Shown: in pieces, positions 24,274 through 39,010 of the stretch
How the letters are laid out: every line of letters begins with the position of its first letter
Position numbering within the stretch: the first letter of the stretch is position 1
DNA from: an uncultured delta proteobacterium
GTDB taxonomy: Bacteria; Desulfobacterota; Binatia; UTPRO1
Length of the DNA stretch: 64,000 nucleotides
Direction of reading: 5' to 3'
Assembly (NCBI GenBank): GCA_963797545.1
Contig: CAWCPU010000003.1
Location: 203,505 to 267,504 of the forward strand
Made by a program: the position numbers and the translations under genes
The notes under the pieces: model-generated
The model's input: the letters and a program-made list of their open reading frames with translations, nothing else
The model's database searches: none
What the model was told of the DNA's origin: nothing

Positions 24274-24586
24274 CTTCAACCTCCCAAGATTTCGACGCGC
24301 GCGCCGCGACGAGCCTGAGATGACGAGCCGCTGCCTTCTTCGCGCACACCGACGACGCACCGGACGCTGGCCCGGCGTGGCGTACTGCGGATTCACCGCC
24401 CCTCCGATGATGCTGGCAGGGTTCTGATCGACGATTGATGCCGAGGTCCGCACACCGCCACCACCCCATGAACACCGCGGTCGCCCTGCGACCGCCTTCG
24501 AGACCCGACGCGTTATACACGCAATCAGGCGTGCTGCAAACAAAAAACCGCCGCCGCGGCGCGTGCGTCAGGTCAGTGCGCTGCCG

Positions 24587-28863
<4,277 letters not shown>

Positions 28864-28975
28864 CGGTCACTCCTTCGCAGCGAGATCCGTGTCCGCGAAC
28901 GTACCAATCGCGTCACGGCGCTGCCAGCCGGGTGCCGGCGTCGGACCCCCGCTGCCGGCGGCGCCGGGAGGCGGT

Positions 28976-30205
28976 ATGCTAACGGCCGTGACCAGAACCG
29001 CAACCGTCGCGACGCTGATCGCGGTCTCGCTGCTCGCCGCATGCATGCACACCGACGCCGTGTCGGCACGCGCGCCCGCCGCGCGCCGCGGTCGCACCGC
29101 GGAGGCGACGTCGGCGCGCCGCGCGCCCGGCAAAGCCGTCGAACGCACGCCGGAGCCGGGCCGAAAGCCGCCGCGCGGTTCCGCCGCCGCCGCCGCGGAG
29201 CCGATCGAGGGCTTCGGTGCCGGCGCCCGCGGCGGCGAGGGCGGACGCGTGATCGTCATCGACGACACCTCGGAGGACAATCTGCGGAAGATCCTCAACG
29301 ACGTCGCGCGCACCGGCAACGCGACCGTCCGTTTCGAGGTCGACGGTCCGATCGAGATCACCCGGCCGCTGCCGCACCTGACGTCGCCGCACGTGACGAT
29401 CGACGGCAACGGCGCGACCCTCGACGGCTCCGGCCTGCAGAAGCAGGTCGCGCTGATCGACATCCGCACCAACGACGTCATCGTCCGCAACCTCCGGCTG
29501 CGGAACGGCTACGACAATCTCCGCCTGAACGGTCCCGACGCGTACGACGTCGCGGTCTCTCACGTGTCGTCGACCGGCGCGATCGACGACGGCATCTCGG
29601 TCGGGTACGGCGCCCACGACGTGACGGTGCAGTACGCGTTCGTCGCCGGCAACACGCGCTCGTTCTTCTGCAAGTACGACGGCACCGCCGAGATCTCGCT
29701 GCACCATTCGTGGTTTCAGAAGGGGTGGATCCGCAGCCCGCTGATCTCCGGCGCCGTCCGCGCCGACGTGCGGAACGTGATCGTCGAGGACTGGGCGGAG
29801 TGGGGTGCGCGCTTCGAGAACGGCGCGTCGGGCAACGTCGTGAATTCGCTCTTCACGCTGTCGCCCTACGCGCGTCGGATCGGCGGCAAGCCGGCGGCGG
29901 CGCTCCGCTTCGTCGAGTCGGGCCCGGTCTACGCGAGCGGCAACGTCGTGCGCGGCGAGGCGCTGCCGATCGCGCGCGGCACGGCCGATGCGCCCGTCAA
30001 GGTCCCGCCGGTGCGCACCGCCTCGGTTGCGGAGATGGAGAAGGACGTCCGCAGCCACGCCGGCTGCCTGCCGCGCGACGAGGTCGACGACGCCTACATC
30101 ATGCTCCAGACCGGCTGGCACGTGAGCGAGTCGGAGCCGCTTCGCAATCCGCCCCCGGAGAAGAGCCCGCCCGTCATCGAGCGGTCGCCGCGCGACGCGC
30201 GCTGA
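28976..30205 (+). CDS. Secreted lipoprotein with right-handed parallel beta-helix (pectate-lyase-like polysaccharide lyase fold)
   Basis: Signal MLTAVTRTATVATLIAVSLLAAC; repeated ...IVRNLRLRNG.../...DVAVSH.../...GAHDVTVQYAFVAGN... beta-helix-like repeats and WIRSP motif reminiscent of PL1; RBS GGGAGG. Confidence 0.55.
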   Translation: MLTAVTRTATVATLIAVSLLAACMHTDAVSARAPAARRGRTAEATSARRAPGKAVERTPEPGRKPPRGSAAAAAEPIEGFGAGARGGEGGRVIVIDDTSEDNLRKILNDVARTGNATVRFEVDGPIEITRPLPHLTSPHVTIDGNGATLDGSGLQKQVALIDIRTNDVIVRNLRLRNGYDNLRLNGPDAYDVAVSHVSSTGAIDDGISVGYGAHDVTVQYAFVAGNTRSFFCKYDGTAEISLHHSWFQKGWIRSPLISGAVRADVRNVIVEDWAEWGARFENGASGNVVNSLFTLSPYARRIGGKPAAALRFVESGPVYASGNVVRGEALPIARGTADAPVKVPPVRTASVAEMEKDVRSHAGCLPRDEVDDAYIMLQTGWHVSESEPLRNPPPEKSPPVIERSPRDAR

Positions 30206-30217
30206 CCCCCGCGCGGC

Positions 30218-30560
30218 TCATCGCATCGCGCCGAGACGCGCGACGATCGCGTCCGTCATCTCGCGCGTCCCCGCGTTGCCGCCGAGATCCGCCGTCAGGT
30301 GACGACCCTCGGCGAGCACGGCTTGGATCGCGGCCGTGATCCGCGCGGCGGTCGGCGCGCAGCCGACGTGGTCTAGGAGCAGGAGCGCGGCGACGAGGAG
30401 CGGCAGCGGGTTCGCGGCGTTCTTGCCGACGAGAGCGGGCGCGTCGCCGTGGATCGCCTCGAAGACCGCGACGTCGGTCGCCGAGGCTGGCGCCGCCGCC
30501 GACGCTGATCCCGCCGGCGAGGCCGTTGCCGACCGCCGAGACGAGAGGTTGGCGGCTGGA
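30218..30560 (-). pseudogene. Truncated duplicate (3' about 340 bp, roughly 90% nucleotide identity) of the isocitrate dehydrogenase gene at 42341..43351
   Basis: Encodes ...DVAVFEAIHGDAPALVGKNAANPLPLLVAALLLLDHVG...LGGNAGTREMTDAIVARLGAMR vs ...DVAVFEAIHGDAPALVGTNTANPLPLLVAALLLLDHVG...LGGTAGTREMADAIIARLGAMR at 42341; similarity stops near 30560 where unrelated, lower-GC sequence begins. Confidence 0.65.
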
Positions 30561-30598
30561 GGTCCGCTTGACATCTCCGCCGGGCCGGGCGGAGAACG

Positions 30599-30892
30599 GT
30601 GCGTCCGATGCGTCGACGGGTAAGCACTCTCGTTCAAGTCACTCTGCTCGTCTGCCTCGCGCTCACGCCAGTAGTCCTCAGCGGCCACACGCACCCTGCT
30701 GCTCACACCGGCATCGAGCGGCCGTGCGCGCTCTGCGTCGTGGCGTATCACTCGCCCGTCGCGGCCGTGGTCGCACTGGTCTTGTTTTTCCTCGTTTTGG
30801 TGGACCAGCGCCGTCGCGTCGCGGCGCGCGCCTCGCTCCGCGAAACACCTGCCGGCCGACACCTCGGCCGCGGCCCGCCGCTCCCGCAGTAG
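30599..30892 (+). CDS. Possible small membrane protein with HxH and CxxC motifs, in a locally lower-GC patch
   Basis: MRPMRRRVSTLVQVTLLVCLALTPVVLSGHTHPAAHTGIERPCALCVVAYHSP... hydrophobic N-terminus; codon usage atypical for this contig; weak. Confidence 0.25.
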   Translation: MRPMRRRVSTLVQVTLLVCLALTPVVLSGHTHPAAHTGIERPCALCVVAYHSPVAAVVALVLFFLVLVDQRRRVAARASLRETPAGRHLGRGPPLPQ

Positions 30893-31150
30893 TCGCTGTC
30901 GTCGGTCGCCCGGCTCAGCGGCGCGTCTGCCGCTGCCGCTTCGTCTTCGGCGACTCCCGATGAGACGCGCCTCGAACGCGGCGCGGCAGGGCCGCATTCG
31001 GCGGTGAATCTCTCACTCGAAGGCCTTCGCGATCGAATCCACTACCGTACGAATTCGCGACGCGGCTCCGGCTGCGCGCAGGACCCGACTATCGATGCGT
31101 GACTACGAGCTTCTTGGACTTCACGGCGTACACTGGCGGCGAGGTCACCT

Positions 31151-32851
31151 GTGACACGCCTGCCGAGCAGCATGCAATTCCTTCGCGGCGTCGGCCCGCT
31201 TCCCACATTCGTTGCGTCGGTCGCGGCTCTGCTGGCGACGCTTGGGGTGCTGATCGTCGCGACGGTATCGGCCGGCTACCCCCCGGAGGCGGTCGGCCCA
31301 GGCGTCTTCGCGCTCGAGTGGGCGGCCATCTGCGGCATGGCCGCGGTCGTCATCTGGGCCCGCGAGGCGGGCATCTGGAGTGCGAAGCCTCCGACCGTCC
31401 CGCCGATGCTTCGAGAGACGCTGGCGGTGACGTTCGGGCTCGCCGGTTTGTGCGCCCTCGGCGCCGCGTCCGCCGGCGAACCACATCCTTCGCCGCCCGC
31501 GGTGATGCTTCTTCCGGCCGCGCTTGCCGGTCTCGCGTGGCTGCTCGCCCGCCACTTCTCGTCGATGTCGCCCGTCGACCTGCCCGAGGCGCCCGCCCTC
31601 GCGCGCTGGGGCAGGATCGGGGTGTGGTTGGGAGGCGCCGCCGTCCTGAGCGAGGCGGCACGCCGCTGGGATCCCGCCGCGCCGTGGGCGCCCGCGATCG
31701 ATTGGGCGGCCGGGCTGATCGTGATCGCGACGGCGTGGGACGTGTATCGCGCCGACGTGAAGCGATGGACCGGCGACGTCGCGCGGCCGTTGCCGCTCGT
31801 CGATCTGCCGACCGTTCGTGCGCTCGGCAGCCGCGCGAATCCAATCTCGAGCGTGCTCGACGCGATCGAGGGGTTCCTCGGCGTGGACCTGCGGGGATCG
31901 TGGGCGCTACGGGTCGTACGCGACGCCGCGGAGCCGCTCGCCATTGCCGCGGTGTTTCTCGGCTGGCTCGGCACGAGCTTCACGCAGATCCATCTCTACG
32001 AACAAGGCGTCGTCGAGCGCTTCGGCCGACTCCTGCCGGGGGCGGTGCTCGAGCCCGGACTGCACGTGCACTTGCCGTGGCCGTTCGACCGCGTGCGCAG
32101 GCAGCCGACTGCGCGCGTGCTCGCCATCACGGTCGGGCACGAAGGCGCCGAGCCCGCGGGTGCCGGGCCCGAGAACGTCTTGTGGGCGCGCGAGCACGAG
32201 AGCAACGAGTTCATGTTCCTGCTCGGCGACGGGCGCGATCTCGTTACCATCGACGCGGCGCTGAAGTACCGGGTGCGCGACCTCCGCGCCTATCTCACCG
32301 CCGCCGCCGATCCGCCGGCGCTGCTCCGCGGCATCGTGTACGCCGCCGTCACCCATCGCACCGTCGATCGCTCGCTCGATCAGGTGCTGTCGGAGAATCT
32401 CGCCGCGTTCACGCGTGACATCGCGATCGCGGTGCAAGCCGACGCGGATGCGCTCGGTCTCGGCATCGAGATCATCGACATGACGGTGAGCGGCATGCAC
32501 CCGCCCGTGAGCGTCGCGGCACAGTACGAAGCCGTCGTGAGCGCGCAGGTGAAACGAGACGCGCTCGTCATCGGCGCGCGCGCCGACGCCGAGCGGAACA
32601 TCCCGGCAGCGCAGGCGGCGGCGCTGGACGCAGTGTCGGCGGCTCAGGCGGATGCGGCGAGAAAGATCGCGGAAGCGAAAGGCGACGCCGAGGCGTTTCG
32701 CGGCGTGCGCGCTTCCTTCCACGCGGAGCCGGAGCTGTTCCAGTACCGCCGCCGTCTCGAAGGTCTCGAGTCCGGGCTCGGCGGACGGCGCATGGTGATC
32801 GTCGACGACCGGCTGGAGCGGGACGGAGCGAAGTTATGGCTGACGGAATGA
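31151..32851 (+). CDS. SPFH/band-7 protein (HflK-like) with large N-terminal polytopic membrane domain
   Basis: About 280 aa multi-TM N-terminus, then SPFH core (YEQGVVERFGRL...) and coiled-coil AQAAALDAVSAAQADAARKIAEAKGDAEAF; 566 aa, intact. Confidence 0.75.
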   Translation: MTRLPSSMQFLRGVGPLPTFVASVAALLATLGVLIVATVSAGYPPEAVGPGVFALEWAAICGMAAVVIWAREAGIWSAKPPTVPPMLRETLAVTFGLAGLCALGAASAGEPHPSPPAVMLLPAALAGLAWLLARHFSSMSPVDLPEAPALARWGRIGVWLGGAAVLSEAARRWDPAAPWAPAIDWAAGLIVIATAWDVYRADVKRWTGDVARPLPLVDLPTVRALGSRANPISSVLDAIEGFLGVDLRGSWALRVVRDAAEPLAIAAVFLGWLGTSFTQIHLYEQGVVERFGRLLPGAVLEPGLHVHLPWPFDRVRRQPTARVLAITVGHEGAEPAGAGPENVLWAREHESNEFMFLLGDGRDLVTIDAALKYRVRDLRAYLTAAADPPALLRGIVYAAVTHRTVDRSLDQVLSENLAAFTRDIAIAVQADADALGLGIEIIDMTVSGMHPPVSVAAQYEAVVSAQVKRDALVIGARADAERNIPAAQAAALDAVSAAQADAARKIAEAKGDAEAFRGVRASFHAEPELFQYRRRLEGLESGLGGRRMVIVDDRLERDGAKLWLTE

Positions 32852-33746
32852 GAATGACCATCCGGCGCACGCTGCGGCTCGCGCTCGGCGCGGCGGCGAT
32901 CCTCGCGATCCTGTGGTCGGCGTGCACCCACGTCACGCGCCAGGGCGAGACGGCGCTGGTGCTGCGGTTCGGGCGGCCCGTCCGGGTCGACCGCGATCCC
33001 GGACTCCATCTCAACTTGCCCTGGCCGATCGACGTCAAGGTGCCCGTCGACATGCGCCGCCAAGTCCTCGAGACCGGGCCTCACCGAGATGCTCACGCGC
33101 GACAAGAAGAACATCGTCGTGATGAGCTACGCGCTGTGGCACGTCGAGGATCCGCTGCGGTTCGTCCAGGCGATCGGCAGCATGGATCGCGCGCCGTCGG
33201 CGCTCGAGGGACTGCTCGCCGAACGCGGCGATCGGCGTGATGGGGCACTACGATCTCTCCGCGCTCACGTCGACGACCGCCTCCGACCTGCACACCGACG
33301 ACATCGAGCGCGATCTCCTCGCGGCAACGGCTCCGATCGCATCGCAGAGCTACGGCATGATGATCGATCGCGTCGCGCTCATGCGCCTGTCACTGCCGGA
33401 GCAGAACATCTCGTGTCGTGTTCGACCAGATGCGGGCCGAACGACGGCAGTACGCGGCGCGGTTCACGGCCGACGGCGCGAGAGGAAGCGTCGCGCATCC
33501 GGCGCCGAGACGAGCGTGGAGGTGGCACGCATCCAAGCGGGCGCGACCGAGGACGCGGCCCGGACCCGCGGCGAGGCCGACGCCGAAGCCGCGCGCATCT
33601 ACGCCGAAGCGCATCGCGAGGATCCGGAGCTGTACCGCTTCACGCGCGGGCTCGAGAGCCTGAGCAAGATCGTCGGCGACAAGACGACGCTGGTGCTGCG
33701 AACGGACGCGGAGCCGCTGTCGCTCCTGAAGAGCCAGAAACCGTGA
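32836..33746 (+). CDS. SPFH/band-7 protein (HflC-like), frameshifted
   Basis: TM MTIRRTLRLALGAAAILAILW, ...GETALVLRFGRPVRVDRDPGLHLNLPWPIDVKVPVDMRRQVLE, ...ATEDAARTRGEADAEAARIYAEAH...LYRFTRGLESL; pieces in three frames. Confidence 0.65.
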
Positions 33747-34785
33747 CGGCCCAAGCCGTCGGGCGCCGCCGCGAACAGAGCGTGTGGCGTCGCGTCTTGC
33801 AGCCACTCGTCGGCCTCGCCGCCGCGCTCATCGCGAGCCTGCCGCTGTGGGTTATCGTGATGATTCTGCTCTATCTCGGCTCGGGCATCGCCGTCGTCGG
33901 CGCGGACGAGGTCGCCGTCGTGCGCAGGCTCGGCCGAATCGTCGGAGCGGGCACCGGCCGCGGCGATCCACAGCCCCGGGCTGCTCTTCGCGCTGCCTCG
34001 GCCGTTCGACGAGGTGGTGCGCATCAACGTCAAGAAGGTCTACGACGCCGATCTCGGGACGCTCGCACCGCCGCCGAACCGGATCGGCCTGTCGGGCTCG
34101 GCCGTCCTCGACCCCGTGCGCGTCGGTTACGCGTTGACCGGCGATCACAACATCATCCACGCGTGGTTCAAGGTACATTACCGGGTGAGCGATCCCATCG
34201 CCTACCTGGTGGGATGCAGCGAGCCGGAGCGGGTGCTCCTCGACGTGCTGACGGGCGAGGCCGTGCGCGCCGCCGGCGAGCGCGACGTCGACCACGTTCT
34301 CGCCGAAGGGCGGCTCCGAGTTCGTCGACACCGTGCGCGACCGGGCGCAGGCCCGCGTCGACGACGCGGGGCTCGGCATCACGATCGTGTCGTTGGAGCT
34401 CACGTCGCTCGGCCCGCCGACGGCGGTCGCGCCCGCATTCACCGCGGTGCAGAGCGCGGTCATCGCGGCGCAAACGGCGAAGCAAAACGCGCAGACCGAA
34501 CGGGCGAGCGCGGTCCCCGGCGCCGAGGCGGGCGCGGCGAGCCTCCGTTCGGCGGCGGCGAGCTACGCCGTGAGCACGGGCGCGGCCGCCGAATCCAATG
34601 CGACCACGTTCCGCGCCTTGGCATTGGAGTACCGCCGCAACCCCGCCGTCGTCCGCGAACGACTCTATCGCGACGCGATGACCCGCGTCGTCGCGAGCGC
34701 CGGCAAGTGCGAGATCGTCCCCGAGCCGGCGGGGAACCGCTACAACGGGCTCCGCATCACGGTGCCGACGGGGAAATCGCCGTGA
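33743..34785 (+). CDS. Third SPFH/band-7 family protein, frameshifted
   Basis: TM LVGLAAALIASLPLWVIVMILLYL; ...VRINVKKVYDADLGTL..., ...GLGITIVSLELTSLGPPTAVAPAFTAVQSAVIAAQTAKQNAQTERASA; GTG start overlaps HflC-like stop; stop overlaps ATPase start. Confidence 0.6.
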
Positions 34786-36746
34786 TCGCCGAGGCGGCGG
34801 AGAGCGGCGCCCCCGCGGACACCCTCGATCTCGGGCTCACGACCGAGCGTGACCGCCGGGCACTGACCATGCGTCTCGGTGCGACGGTCGCGGGCGTCGC
34901 GCTTCTCGGCGTCGCGACGGCCATGGGCGTTCTCGTCCCCGACCAGATGCAAGTCGCGGAAGCCGGCAAGGCGCTCGCCGCGCTCATCGTCGGTGCCCCG
35001 GTGCTCTGGCGCGGCCTGCGAGCGCTCTTCGACGTCCGCGCGCCATCCGCGACGGAGCCGCTCGTCGCGCTCGCGGTGCTCGCGGCAATGGCGGGCGGAG
35101 CGTTCGGTACGGCCGTCCTCATTCCCGCGGTGATGGAGATCGGGCGGCTCTTCGAGGAACGGAGCTCGCTCGGCGTCGTCGCGGCGCTCGAAGGCATCCG
35201 CCGGCTGCGCGCCGTCACGGCGCATCGCGAGAGCGCGTCCGGCGAGGAGGTGGTGCCCGTCGGCGCGATCGCGGCGGGCGACGTGATCGTGGTGCGCCCC
35301 GGCGAGCTGTTCGCCGCGGACGGGGAGGTGCTGACGGGAATGTCGACGGTCGACAGCGCCGCCGTCACCGGCGAGTCCCGCCTCGACGACATCGCGCCCG
35401 GCTCGAAGGTGTTCGCGGGCACGCGCAACGTCGGCGGCCTCGTCCGGCTGACCGTGGTCGCCAGCGGTGCCCGCTCACTCCTCGGCCGCGTGGTGCAGAC
35501 GCTCGCGGAGGTGGAGCAGGCTCGGGTGCCGTTCCTGCGGCTCTTCGACCTAGCGTCTCGCGATTACCTGCCGGTGGTGCTCACGGTCGCCGCGACGGTA
35601 TTGTTCTTCACGTCCGACCTGCCGCGTGCGATCGCGGTCCTGGTCGTCGCCTGCCCCACTGCGCTGCTGTTGGCGGGACCGGCAGCGATGGTCGCGGCGA
35701 TGACGGCGGCGAGCCGCGCCGGCATCCTTCTGAAGAGCGCCCGTTTCCTCGAACGGATCGGCGAAGTCGACACCTTGCTGCTCGACAAGACCGGCACGGT
35801 GACGCGAGGCGTGCAGGCGGTCCGCGCGATCGTGCCGGTGGGCGGGGTGTCCGAGGAGACGGTGCTCGCGGCGGCGGCACGCTGCGGGCACGGATCGATC
35901 CATCCGGTGTCGCGCGCCGTCGTCGGCGGCCGCGGCCGAGCGCGGCATGACGATCGAGTCACCGGACGTCGTGCGTGAATATCCGGGCCTCGGTGTCGCT
36001 GCCGAGACCTCGAGCGGCACGCTCGGACTCGGGCCGCGCCAGCTGGCTCCGCGACGTCGCGGGGGTGCCGGAGGTCCCCGAAGTCGACGCCGGCACGGTC
36101 GTGTGGGTCGCGCACGATGCACGGCCTGCTCGGCCACTTGGAGCTGTACGACCCGCCGCGTGGCGAGGCGCGCGCCGCGATCGACGAGGTGCGCGCGCTC
36201 GGCGTCTCGCGAGTCGTCCTGATCACCGGCGATCTGCGCTCGATCACCGAGGAGGTCGCGACCGAGCTCGAGCTCGACGACTGGGAGGCCGAGATCCACC
36301 CGGACCACAAGCTCGCGCGCGTCCACGCCGAGCAGGCGGCCGGCCGTGTCGTCATGATGGTGGGCGACGGCATCAACGATGCGCTCGCACTCGCCGGCGC
36401 GGACGTGGGCGTCGCGGTCGGCTCAGGAGGCGGGGTCGGCGTCAACGAGGTCGCGCTCGGCGGCGCCGACATCGCGCTCCTGCGCACCGATCTCCGCGCG
36501 CTTCCACAGCTCATCCGACTCGCGGATCGCGTCCGCGCGGTCATGACGTGGAACGCGGCGCTCGCTCTCGGCGTGAGCGTCGCGAGCGTCGCGCTCGCGG
36601 CGGCCGGATGGCTGAGCCCCGTCGCTGCCGCCGTCGCGCAAAGCGCTGGCGTGCTCGCGGTCGTGCTCAACAGCGGCCGGCTGCTCCGGACGCTCATGCC
36701 CGAACCCGTCAGCGAGCACCTCACCGCCGATGCCCCGGCGGCGTGA
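34782..36746 (+). CDS. P-type ATPase (P1B-like topology, no N-terminal metal-binding domain, atypical CPT in TM6), about 3 frameshifts
   Basis: Actuator TGES (AVTGESRLDD), ACPTALLLAGPAAM, phosphorylation site DKTGTVT, hinge MVGDGINDALALAGADVGVAVG; C-terminal TMs. Confidence 0.75.
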
Positions 36747-36769
36747 GCGCGATCGCGACGACAGACACA

Positions 36770-38587
36770 TGTCGCCGCGACAAATCCCACTGCACGGTGA
36801 TCGGGACGCGGGCGATCAGCGATCCGAGCGGCCGCGTCGAACACGGTGCGCGCGAGGTCGCGCACTGCCGCGTCGACGCTCCCGAGCGGCTCGAGCCCGA
36901 ATCGATGCTCGATCGTCGCCAGGATCGACGTCGTGTCGTGCGGCTCGTGGTCGACGACGAAGTCCGCTGCGAGCAACGGCGCACGGCACGGAGCGCCGGA
37001 ACTGGGTGCCGCGGCCCGAAGGCGTCGTGGGGACCCGGAGCGCCCGCTTGTCCCGGCGGCGGCACGTGGTCCCATTGCCCGCCGAACTCGTCGTAGGTGA
37101 CGACCACCGAGGGTATCGCCGGCGCAGGCGCTCCCTTCGATTGCGCGCAGCAGGCCGACGATGATCGCTTCCTCCGGCTCGCTCGAGTAGCCGGGGTGCT
37201 CGTTCTCCTCGCCGAGCGGTTTGACGTAGCTGACGCCCTTGAGACCGCAGTGATCCGACGAGTGCCCGACCAGCTGCACGAACTCCTCCTCGTCGCGGAG
37301 ATGCGCAGGCGCGATTCTCTCTGCCCCGCCGCCGTCGCCGGGATCGAACGCACGATAGTGAGTCGAACGGCTGGTGGTCGGATCTGGAAGAGCGCGTCCG
37401 GGCGATGCGTCCAGCTCGCCGCCGCGTGGAGATGAGGTGCGGAGCACGGCGCCGCCGTACCGTTCGTCCAGCCCGGCGCGCCAACGTCCCGTTCGCGTTC
37501 GACCAACCTCCCGAGTACCACGCCCACTCGACACCCTTGCCGTCGAGACGGTCGCCGATCGTCGAGCCATCTCGAGCGGCTGCCAGGCGCGTGCGGTTAT
37601 CGAACGGGGGAGGCGGGCTGCAACGTGTTCACGACGAAGTCGCCGCACAGGACGCCGGGCAGGACGCCGCGCCGCACGCGACGGTCGAGCGGGGCGTCGC
37701 GCAGCGGCAACGCCGACGGCGACACGTACTGCGGCGGTTGCATCAACGGCATTCCGTTCGCGTCGACGATCGAGTGCAGGTCGGCCCGGCCGTCCGCGCT
37801 CGGGTATCTGGAGACACGGTGTCCCGAGCCACGATCAACGCACTGGTGATTCAGAGAACGATCCGCCGAAGGCCGCCTGGAAGAATCGGTCGGCGATGCA
37901 GTACCTCGGATGCCCGGCGGGCAGTGCAGGTAAGTGGTACACGCGGGAGACGCTGCGTATCGTACACGCCCATCGCCAAGCCGCCAGGCGTCGCTGCCCG
38001 TGACGTAGCGGTCCTGGCGCCTGTGATCGATCTGGTACTGCTCCTGGTACAAGACGGTGGACGAGATCCCGCGTGCAGACCGCCGACCTCACCGTCGCCG
38101 GCGCGCGCGCCATTGCCGAGCGGCAGTGCCGGGCCGGGGACACGTCTCGCCGCCGGCGCGATGAACGTGTCGACGACGAAGGGCGTATTCGGAAATGGCT
38201 GCCGAACGACATCGCCGAGGTGCGATGCGGTGCACGTCGCGGCAAGCGCCGGCGACGCGAGATTGCAGCGTCGTTTTGCGCCAGACAGCTCCACGGCAGG
38301 CCGCGTTGGACGACCTGCACCGTGTGGCGAAAATCAGCGCGATCGAGACCGTCGACGCCCTCCCAGCCACCGTACAGGTTGTCGAAGCTGTGGTTCTCTT
38401 CGTAGATCACCACCAGATGGTTGATTCTGCTCAGTGCGTCGGCGTTCGATTTCTTCGCCGGCACCGGCGCCGGTCGGAGTGCCGATACGACGAGCATGAC
38501 GGCGACAGGCGACGCGCCCGCATGTGCGTGCGGCGGCGCTCGTCGCGGACAGTTGGACGGCGTGCTGCCAAGGATGTTTCGGATCAT
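36770..38587 (-). CDS. Phosphoesterase-family protein (phospholipase C / acid phosphatase AcpA-like), heavily frameshifted
   Basis: N-term INHLVVIYEENHSFDNLYGGW, central VVVTYDEFGGQWDHVPPP, C-term DHEPHDTTSILATIEHRFGLEPL; fragments in all three minus frames; boundaries approximate. Confidence 0.6.
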
Positions 38588-39010
38588 TTTCGAAACGATC
38601 AGCAACGCGACGCCGTCGCCACGAGCCCCGCGTCGTCCGCCGCCGGTGAAAATCGAGCGTAGCCAAATCATCGCTCGACCGCGCGCCGCTCAGCGCCGCG
38701 CGGAGGGCCCCGGCGCCGACCTCCGCGAGATCGTCCGGTCGCCGCCACCGCCCGAACGCCGCCGCCACCTCGTCGGCGCCGAGTCGCAGGTAGCGTGTGC
38801 CGGCGCGCACGGGCTCGTCGAGCGGCAGGTCCTCGGCCGAACGGTAAGGAGACCGCGCGCGATCTCGTCCTCGCTCGACTCGTCGAGCGGAATGCTGCTG
38901 AGGAGGAGCCGGCGGGCCTGCAGCAGCTCCACCGGCTCGAACCGGGCGTCGTTCGCATCTCGCGAAGATCGCGCTCGATGATTCGCGCGGCACGCGCAAC
39001 GTTCTGGAGG

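Noticed and set aside
24545-24586. GC-rich palindrome followed by A6 on the plus strand (T6 on minus) downstream of acnA, considered as intrinsic terminator
   Set aside because: Could not define a convincing stem-loop on exact recount; left uncalled.
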